The position numbers and the translations under genes are program-made. A stretch of 64,000 nt of DNA from an uncultured Acidobacteriota bacterium (lineage in GTDB: Bacteria > Acidobacteriota > Terriglobia > Terriglobales > Acidobacteriaceae). Below are positions 57,933 to 64,000 of the stretch, in pieces; the stretch's first letter is position 1, and the number at the start of each line of letters is the position of its first letter. Under the pieces are notes generated by a model. The model worked only from the letters and a program-made list of their open reading frames with translations. It had not been told where the DNA came from and made no database searches. The DNA lies in the NCBI GenBank assembly GCA_963819245.1, contig CAWFVI010000006.1, forward strand, positions 8,155 through 72,154, in the 5' to 3' direction.

Positions 57933-58109
57933 GCGAACTAGTATATTCGTTCGCGAACCGATGCTAATTAGGCCGAGTGGGATGGGTATTGGCAAATCCA
58001 TTCCTCATTAAGGACCCCACATCTCAGGTTACCGCCGTAACCCGGTCACAACCCCGATTCGTTGACCGGCAACCGGCGCCAACCTACATTTCATTAAGGA
58101 GGAAGCATC

Positions 58110-58271
58110 GTGAAGGATATCTATGAAGTACTCCGAAAGAAGCAAGCCGAGCAGGCTCAGTTAGGCAAGCAGATCGAAGCCCTGCAGACCGCCGCTGAGC
58201 AGCTTCGCAGCGTAGCCCATTTACTCAATGAAGAAGAAGCCCACGGAGAGGGATCTGCCATTGGCGGCTGA
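58110..58271 (+). CDS. Possible small coiled-coil protein (53 aa, GTG start; below the ORF-track cutoff)
   Basis: SD AAGGAGGAAG 6 nt before the GTG; VKDIYEVLRKKQAEQAQLGKQIEALQTAAEQLRSVAHLLNEEEAHGEGSAIGG*. Confidence 0.45.
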   Translation: MKDIYEVLRKKQAEQAQLGKQIEALQTAAEQLRSVAHLLNEEEAHGEGSAIGG

Positions 58272-58296
58272 AGTTCTTTAACGGAGTTTGTTAGCG

Positions 58297-59442
58297 ATGA
58301 GTCTGCAAGCGCTGGTTCTGTGTTCTGACGACAAGATCATACGGGTGCTGCGGCGCGTCCTCAGCGACCTGGAGATTGGCGTTGAACTGTGTACCGATGC
58401 GGATTCGTCTGTCCGCAAATTGACCCGGCGGAGATTTGAAGCGGTCGTGGTTGATTGCAACGACGAGGACATGGCGGCGCAAGTGCTCAAGAGTGTCCGC
58501 TCCGCTCCATGCAACAAGCGCTCCATCGCCGTGGCGATGATTGATGGACAAAAGGCTGTGCGCAGCGCTTTCGCCTTGGGCGCGCATTTCGTTCTCTACA
58601 AACCCATCTTCGCGGAACGTGCGCGAACCAGTTTTCGCGCTGCCCGCGCATTAATGAAGTGCGAACGTCGCCGCAACACGCGGGTCACAGTGCAGATTCC
58701 CGTAGTCTTGGTTAACGAGAGTGGAGCAGGCCAGAGAAAGGCGGTCACCTCTGATATTAGTCAGGGAGGTATGTCGGTGAAGCTCTCGCGTCGTGCCCGG
58801 AAATCCGATTCCATGCGGGTGAAATTTACGTTGCCCGGAACCGACGATAGCGTCGAGTGTGCCGCGGAAACGGCGTGGGACAGCGGCGGAGCGCAGGCGG
58901 GCATTCGCTTTGTGAATCTGTCTCCGGAGCAGCGGGAACGTCTGAAGTCGTGGTTGGGACGGCATTCCCCGGAGATGGAGCCAGATGATCCCCCGGTTCC
59001 TTGCAAACTGACCGACCTAAGCTCGGGTGGTTGCTATCTGGAGATGGCCGCGCCCCTTCCCGTCAATACGAGAGTCCTTCTGACCATGCGGATTCCGAAA
59101 TTCGAGAGCCGAGCGGAAGGCGTGGTGCGCGTGATGCACCCGGAGATTGGTATGGGAGTGGAGTTCACGAGGACAACCAAGCAGCAGCGCGAGCATTTAG
59201 AAGAGTTCATCAAGGTCCTTACCAATAGCAAAGGCGTTGAGCCCGAACTCCTGGTGGAACCCGAAGGAATGAACGATGCCGAAGCAGGCATTTCCCAGCA
59301 AACAGTCTTGGAGGAGATGGAAGACCCCTTGCTAGAACTCTTTCAGGGAAACAAGGAATTCACCACTGAAAATTTCTTTGCGGAACTTCGCAGGCAGAGA
59401 AATTCCATTCCGCTCAAGACCAAGGCTGCCGCTGCCGTTTAG
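58297..59442 (+). CDS. REC (receiver)-PilZ-PilZ protein, putative c-di-GMP effector
   Basis: REC 'VLCSDD', 'AVVVDCND', 'FVLYKP'. PilZ-1 'RRRNTR...DISQGG'. PilZ-2 'DLSSGG' without a clear RxxxR. Confidence 0.8.
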   Translation: MSLQALVLCSDDKIIRVLRRVLSDLEIGVELCTDADSSVRKLTRRRFEAVVVDCNDEDMAAQVLKSVRSAPCNKRSIAVAMIDGQKAVRSAFALGAHFVLYKPIFAERARTSFRAARALMKCERRRNTRVTVQIPVVLVNESGAGQRKAVTSDISQGGMSVKLSRRARKSDSMRVKFTLPGTDDSVECAAETAWDSGGAQAGIRFVNLSPEQRERLKSWLGRHSPEMEPDDPPVPCKLTDLSSGGCYLEMAAPLPVNTRVLLTMRIPKFESRAEGVVRVMHPEIGMGVEFTRTTKQQREHLEEFIKVLTNSKGVEPELLVEPEGMNDAEAGISQQTVLEEMEDPLLELFQGNKEFTTENFFAELRRQRNSIPLKTKAAAAV

Positions 59443-59550
59443 GAGTACTCTTTCGCAGTTTCGGTTTGTGATTCCACACTCACCCGCATTGCTCTATACC
59501 AACATTTCTTGAACAGGCCACGATTGACAAAAACGTGACCGAATTTTTAC

Positions 59551-59588
59551 GGCTCCATGACAACCTTGGAGCCGTTTCCTTTTTATCT
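59551..59588 (+). terminator. Intrinsic terminator: ggctcca-N9-tggagcc followed by gtttcctttttatctt
   Basis: 7-bp stem plus T-rich tail, 109 nt after the PilZ gene stop. Confidence 0.6.
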
Positions 59589-59707
59589 TCGAATTGTCAC
59601 TGCACCGGCACACCTGGCTTTAACTGCTGCTGACATGTGCGATGTCGGGAGGTTGTGGTCGGCACAAGCCGGAGGAGAAGTGTGCCCGAACAGTCGAGGA
59701 GACGGAT

Positions 59708-61057
59708 ATGCGAATTGCGGTTGCGAAAAGGATTGGCACGCAGTTGTTGTTAGGGGCAGCGCTGTTGGCGGCGGCCCGGCCCGCGCATGCTATTCCTGCT
59801 TTCGCCCGCAAGTACGGTCTTCCGTGTTCCGCCTGTCACGAAGCGTGGCCCATGCTAAACAATTTTGGCCAAACCTTCAAAGACAACGGGTATCAGTTGG
59901 GCAACGACCGGGACGCTCCGATCTATCAGCAACCGGCTTACTGGCCCATCATGTTTCGCGTGACGCCGCAGTGGCACAGGGAGAGCAACAACCGCGGAGC
60001 GGTGGATAAGGTTCCGGGCGACGCTAGCAGCGGTCTCGTGGAGTCAGCAGTTACCCAATCGGGTTTCGACACTAGCGCAATTGACATAGTCACAGCAGGT
60101 ACGCTGTCCAGAAACATCTCATTCTTCGTGCAGCCGTTCATCGGCAACGGAGGCGCTGCTCTAGAAGAAGCATGGGTACGCTTCGACAATCTTGTCCGAT
60201 CGCGCTGGCTAAACGTCAAGATGGGAAAGTTTGAACTGGATGAGCCGATTTCACAAGAGCGCGGTCTGACACTCAACAATACTGGGGGCATTTACTACAA
60301 TTATTTTTTTACCCCGCCTGGCGATAATAACTTTTTCACCGGCATTGGCAACTTGCAACTCGGGGCCGAGGTATCGGGACACTCTGACAACGATTACACT
60401 CGCTACTCCGTCGCCGTGGTTAGCAACAACAATGGTGCGACCGGCTTGCAGGCAAGCCAAGCCTACAACGTCTATACCAATTTCAATCAAGCCTTCGAAG
60501 TGGCGGGGCTGGGCTTGCAGCGGATCGGCGTCTACAGTTACGTCGGCCAATCCCCGACCTTCTACCAGACCAGCGGAGGCAACCCAATCCCTGGGACGGG
60601 CATGGGGAATCGCGGCTTTTATCGCGCGGGTGCGTACGGGCAGTGGTACGTGGGAAAGTTTGATTTTGAAACCTTTTACGAGCACGGACACGACAACGTT
60701 TTCCTTGGCAATGCAGTTCCCGCAAATCAACCCTCAAAGTTGCCGGCCGGTGCCGCCGGTCCATCCTGGAATGGTGGGTTCGTGGAAGCGCATTACGACT
60801 ACAATCCTCGGCTCATCTTGATCGGCAAATATGAACTGGTCCGAATGTCACAGCAGGCGAATCCCAGCATTCGCGCCAACGCCGGGAATCTGGACACTTG
60901 GACTGTTGGTTATCGGTGGTATCCGATCATGAACCCTCGGGCTGGCTTAGCCTGGGTGCAGGAATATTCACGCATCGTCAATGCTGGACCGCCGACGCTT
61001 TCCGGCAAGGACGACATTAATAACAGCTTCCTGATGGGATTCGATTTTGATTTTTGA
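59708..61057 (+). CDS. Outer-membrane beta-barrel protein with a single N-terminal CXXCH haem motif (fused monohaem cytochrome-porin, Cyc2/Cyt572-like architecture)
   Basis: SD GAGGAGA. Signal 'LLLGAALLAAARPAHA'. Mature N-terminus 'IPAFARKYGLPCSACHEAWPMLNNFG'. Alternating-pattern strands with aromatic girdles. C-terminal 'FLMGFDFDF*'. Confidence 0.75.
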   Translation: MRIAVAKRIGTQLLLGAALLAAARPAHAIPAFARKYGLPCSACHEAWPMLNNFGQTFKDNGYQLGNDRDAPIYQQPAYWPIMFRVTPQWHRESNNRGAVDKVPGDASSGLVESAVTQSGFDTSAIDIVTAGTLSRNISFFVQPFIGNGGAALEEAWVRFDNLVRSRWLNVKMGKFELDEPISQERGLTLNNTGGIYYNYFFTPPGDNNFFTGIGNLQLGAEVSGHSDNDYTRYSVAVVSNNNGATGLQASQAYNVYTNFNQAFEVAGLGLQRIGVYSYVGQSPTFYQTSGGNPIPGTGMGNRGFYRAGAYGQWYVGKFDFETFYEHGHDNVFLGNAVPANQPSKLPAGAAGPSWNGGFVEAHYDYNPRLILIGKYELVRMSQQANPSIRANAGNLDTWTVGYRWYPIMNPRAGLAWVQEYSRIVNAGPPTLSGKDDINNSFLMGFDFDF

Positions 61058-61076
61058 GGCGAGAGGAGAACGGTTC

Positions 61077-61871
61077 ATGCGCATCAAGATCAGTTTGGCC
61101 GGCAGCGCGGTCTTCTTTGTCCTCCTGTCGAGTCTGACCACAGTCGCGCAGCAGACCCGCGTCGGCAATCTGGTAGGCAATGCCAACCACGGCAAGGCAT
61201 TGTACCAGCGCTATTGCATTTTCTGCCACGGTCAGTATGGCGACGGAAACGGAGAGAGCGCACCTTATCTCGATCCTAAGCCTCGCGACTTCACCAAGGC
61301 CACGTTCAAGTGTCGATCCACGCCGAGCGGCAGTCTGCCTTTGGATAGCGACCTCTATGACACGATCAGCCGAGGCATCCATGCCAGCGGAATGCCTTCC
61401 TGGAAGCCTCTGTTGCGCCAGGAGCGGGTCGACCTGGTCGCGTACATCAAGACGTTTTCTCCGCGATTTCAGGAGGAGAAACCGGCCGCCCCGTTGGTGA
61501 TACCTCCTGAACCTCCGACTTCGCCGGAGAGCGTGAAGCGCGGTGCAGAACTTTTCCAAAGCATGAACTGCTGGCTTTGCCATGGTAAACAAGGACGGGG
61601 AAACGGTCCGTCTGCCTCTTCGCTCACGGACAGTAAAGGCTATCCGATCACACCTTTCGATTTCACTAGCGGAACCCGGTTCAAGTGTGGAGAGTCGGAC
61701 CAGGCGATATTTCGTGATTTGATGACGGGCCTTGATGGCACTCCCATGCCCTCTTTTGCCGATGCTTTGAAGCCAGACCAGGTATGGGATATCGCGCATT
61801 ACATCGACGCGCTTCGTACGGCTAAAGGGATACCGGTCGAAGCACCGGCCGAGCCGAAAGTCGAGCCCTAG
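61077..61871 (+). CDS. Periplasmic dihaem c-type cytochrome (two class-I domains, c4-like)
   Basis: Signal peptide. 'CIFCHGQYGDGNG...GMPSW' and 'CWLCHGKQGRGNG...GTPMPSF'. 19-nt gap after the upstream gene. Confidence 0.85.
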   Translation: MRIKISLAGSAVFFVLLSSLTTVAQQTRVGNLVGNANHGKALYQRYCIFCHGQYGDGNGESAPYLDPKPRDFTKATFKCRSTPSGSLPLDSDLYDTISRGIHASGMPSWKPLLRQERVDLVAYIKTFSPRFQEEKPAAPLVIPPEPPTSPESVKRGAELFQSMNCWLCHGKQGRGNGPSASSLTDSKGYPITPFDFTSGTRFKCGESDQAIFRDLMTGLDGTPMPSFADALKPDQVWDIAHYIDALRTAKGIPVEAPAEPKVEP

Positions 61872-61983
61872 GCGGACTGAGATTCATGCAACACACAGAT
61901 CCAGCGTCCGACATCTGACGCAATCGGTTGTACTTGAAGTATTCAACGGCTTTCGCAAGCGAGTAAAAAGAAAGCAGGTGTCT

Positions 61984-62715
61984 ATGAGAACCAAATACGT
62001 CCTGGTCGCGATAATTGCAGCATTTGTTTTATCCCTGGCCGCTCACCTTCCTGCAGGCGCCGCAGATGCGGCGGCCGTCGGATCGGTCAAAGGTACTGCC
62101 AAGTTTGAAGGCTCAGCGCTGAAGCCCACTCGCATCGACATGTCATCCGATCCTAACTGTGCGAAGGCGCACCCCACGCCCGCTACAACTGAGGATCTTG
62201 TGATTGGTGCGAATGGCGGCCTGGAAAACGTTGTCGTTTATGTTGCCGACGGTTTGGGAGATAAAACTTTTGAACCGCCGCAACAGCCTGCGGTGATCGA
62301 GCAGAAAGGCTGCCAATACAAACCGCACGTACTCGCATTGCAAACCAATCAGAAGCTCGATGTCGTCAACGATGACGCGACCACGCACAACATCCATCCC
62401 ATGCCCAACAACAACCGGGAGTGGAACAAGACCCAGCCCCACGGAATGCCGGTGGAAGAATCGTTCCCACGGGAAGAGATCGCTATTCCCGTCAAGTGCA
62501 ATGTGCATCCGTGGATGCGGGGCTATATCGCGGTATTCAAACATCCGTATTTTATGGTGACGGACAAAGACGGTAACTTCGATCTGAAGGATCTTCCGCC
62601 AGGCACCTACACGATCAAGGCATGGCAGGAGAAACTCGGTACCCAGAGCCAGAAGATTACGATCGGGGCGGGCGAAATCAAGACTGTCGACTTCGTGTTC
62701 AAGTCGGGTTCATAA
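61984..62715 (+). CDS. Secreted cupredoxin-like protein with candidate type-1 Cu ligands, plus a C-terminal CarboxypepD_reg-like beta-sandwich segment
   Basis: Signal 'VLVAIIAAFVLSLAAHLPAGA'. 'THNIHP' His. 'KCNVHPWM' (C-x2-H-x2-M, amicyanin-type loop). 'DGNFDLKDLPPGTYTIKAW'. Confidence 0.75.
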   Translation: MRTKYVLVAIIAAFVLSLAAHLPAGAADAAAVGSVKGTAKFEGSALKPTRIDMSSDPNCAKAHPTPATTEDLVIGANGGLENVVVYVADGLGDKTFEPPQQPAVIEQKGCQYKPHVLALQTNQKLDVVNDDATTHNIHPMPNNNREWNKTQPHGMPVEESFPREEIAIPVKCNVHPWMRGYIAVFKHPYFMVTDKDGNFDLKDLPPGTYTIKAWQEKLGTQSQKITIGAGEIKTVDFVFKSGS

Positions 62716-62724
62716 CGCGCTGTC

Positions 62725-63780
62725 TCATCCCTTGCGACGGGGGATGTGCAGGGAGCACACGCATCGCCGACAGATCGGGTTTGTAGCAACATCGAGGTTT
62801 GCTCGAAACTTCAGCGCTTCGGGACCATTCACGATCTCGTGCAGCGTGTGATTGTGAATATTCCCGAGCGATGGATGGAAGAAGCAGGGGCGCACCTCGC
62901 CCGATGCCTCGATTACGGCGGAGACCCAAGGGGCATTGCAGAGTGGCGCGATGTTCTGTGCCTGGCCAAGGTGGGCGCGAAAGTGGTGCACGATTCGGCG
63001 CAGCTTGCTGGCTGATTCGACCACAAACCCGGAGTCTAAATCGAGGCTGTGTTCGCTGATGAGGCGCTCAATTTCTGCGTTCAGATCCTCGACTTCGTCG
63101 GCATTCAGCGCAACCCGGTCTTGGTGTTCGGGTGTCCAGCCCACTGTGCGGTTGAATGCGTCCGAGGTAAGATCCGCTGCGAGAAAAGAAATCGAGTTCA
63201 AGCCGATTTCCTTCGCCGACTGCACTGTGCAGCAAAGCGTGCGGTGATTCGCTTTCTGTATAGTGCAGCGCGCTCGCACCTGCATATCCGGACGGACTTT
63301 TCGCAACGCTGCAACTCCGGCGGTTATTCGTTCAAAAGTGTGGGGCACACGCCGTATGTGGTCATGCACCGCGGGCGGCCCGTCGAGCGAAACGATGACA
63401 TCGTCGATAGTCGCAGCGATGGATTCAGCGTGAGATTCCAACAACAGCCCAGCGGTAAGCATCGTCACGCGAATTCCCTCGGCTCGAATCGTTCGTGCCA
63501 AAGAACTCAACTCACCGTTCATTTGTGGCTCGCCGCCGGTAAACACTATCCAGCGCACACCCATTTCACGAAGCGAAGCCAGTTGTCGCTCAAGATCCGT
63601 CGGCGTGATTTCTCTGGGTTCACGAATCCGCCAGATGTCACACATCACGCAACGGCAGTTGCACTGATTATGGGGAGAAATGACGACGACAGGCATAGTG
63701 CTTATCTGATGCGCAGAGAGGCCGAGGGCATCGGCGCCCGCCGATTCAAAAGGGGCCGAAATGGATACGAGGCCATTCAT
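62725..63780 (-). CDS. Radical SAM protein with a C-terminal SPASM-like Cys-rich domain
   Basis: 'SPHNQCNCRCVMCDIW' (CX3CX2C), 'VFTGGEPQM'. C-terminal 'CNAPW...RPCFF...CRRCVCSL'. Confidence 0.85.
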   Translation of the reverse strand: MNGLVSISAPFESAGADALGLSAHQISTMPVVVISPHNQCNCRCVMCDIWRIREPREITPTDLERQLASLREMGVRWIVFTGGEPQMNGELSSLARTIRAEGIRVTMLTAGLLLESHAESIAATIDDVIVSLDGPPAVHDHIRRVPHTFERITAGVAALRKVRPDMQVRARCTIQKANHRTLCCTVQSAKEIGLNSISFLAADLTSDAFNRTVGWTPEHQDRVALNADEVEDLNAEIERLISEHSLDLDSGFVVESASKLRRIVHHFRAHLGQAQNIAPLCNAPWVSAVIEASGEVRPCFFHPSLGNIHNHTLHEIVNGPEALKFRANLDVATNPICRRCVCSLHIPRRKG

Positions 63781-63792
63781 CAGAGTTGCTAT

Positions 63793-64000
63793 TCAAGCCG
63801 GCGGCCCTGCACGCCGAAATTCCAGCAAGATGTGGTCGGCAAGCGTGCGAATGCCGGGGCAGCGCCCCAAGAATGAATCGGCTCGCACACTCAAGCCGAA
63901 TAAGCCTGGAAACTGATTCGCCCACGTTTCGAGATAACTGGGTGGGACAAAAACGCCTATTCCTTTAACGGATTTGAGCTGAAATTCGGGAGCGAAAGTT
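63793..64000 (-). CDS. 3' end of an unidentified CDS running off the window (last 68 codons), 12 nt upstream of the radical SAM gene
   Basis: Hand translation: ...TFAPEFQLKSVKGIGVFVPPSYLETWANQFPGLFGLSVRADSFLGRCPGIRTLADHILLEFRRAGPPA*. Not in the ORF track because it has no in-window start. Confidence 0.5.
   Translation of the reverse strand, partial: TFAPEFQLKSVKGIGVFVPPSYLETWANQFPGLFGLSVRADSFLGRCPGIRTLADHILLEFRRAGPPA

Noticed and set aside
59589-59707. Sigma54 (-24/-12) promoter in front of the cytochrome-porin gene (ctGGCtttaacTGCtg, cGGCACacctGGCttt); the same check was made upstream of flp (36602-36740, aaTGGCttgcgcg)
   Set aside because: The GG-to-GC spacing is off by 2 nt in every candidate, so none fits TGGCAC-N5-TTGCW.
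63049-63876. 275-aa plus-strand ORF opposite the radical SAM gene; similar cases are 29766..30575, 11342..12031, 15713..16366, 42633..43208 and 44236..44829
   Set aside because: In each case the opposite strand carries a motif-supported gene. These ORFs lack RBSs and recognisable domains and are typical high-GC antisense ORFs.
1-64000. tRNA, rRNA, tmRNA and CRISPR arrays
   Set aside because: I scanned for T-loop GGTTCGAATCC-like motifs and for regularly spaced direct repeats and found nothing convincing. The only regular repeats are the 63-bp coding repeat and the 16-nt duplication. A tRNAscan or cmscan run would be needed to be certain.

Overview
This 64-kb stretch of moderately high-GC bacterial chromosome is gene-dense with many 1-8 nt gene overlaps. 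Protein families and repeat motifs suggest an Acidobacteriota-type genome, but that is inference only.

Layout from left to right:
1. A GAF-type sensor histidine kinase, possibly cut by the window edge.
2. A decayed mobile-DNA patch at 1.3-3.8 kb. It holds an HNH remnant, an orphan protein with a 63-bp tandem repeat, and an IS66 transposase C-terminal remnant.
3. A roughly 24-kb, 17-gene, single-strand Wzx/Wzy-dependent polysaccharide locus at 4139-27921 on the minus strand. It is headed by a NusG-paralog antiterminator and a TetR regulator. It also contains Wzc, Wza, Wzx, a Wzy-like protein, two GT4 glycosyltransferases, an acyltransferase_3, a 911-aa secreted TIM-barrel-like protein, FnlABC-type UDP-L-FucNAc genes, a GT4-phosphoglycosyltransferase fusion, and PglD/E/F-like genes.
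4. A multicopper oxidase pseudogene with several independent lesions, a phosphoesterase (PLC/AcpA family), small regulators, and an NtrC-family activator with a degenerate GAFTGA loop.
5. An unannotated 55-aa Flp pilin gene and an ABC-2 transporter.
6. A 12-gene nuo cluster (nuoA-C-D-E-F-G-H-J-K-L-M-N) with no room for nuoB or nuoI. It carries REP-like hairpins in four internal junctions.
7. thiS, a MerR regulator with a clear promoter and operator, ribBA, a DUF4126 protein and a GH130 enzyme.
8. A REC-PilZ-PilZ protein.
9. The most interesting part is a three-gene module at 59708-62715. It encodes a fused monohaem cytochrome-porin (Cyc2/Cyt572-like architecture), a dihaem cytochrome c and an amicyanin-loop cupredoxin. 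This echoes the cyc2-cyc1-rus logic of iron oxidisers.
10. A radical SAM/SPASM gene at the right edge.

I recognised no rRNA, tRNA or CRISPR array. All functional calls rest on motifs read by eye. No database search was run.
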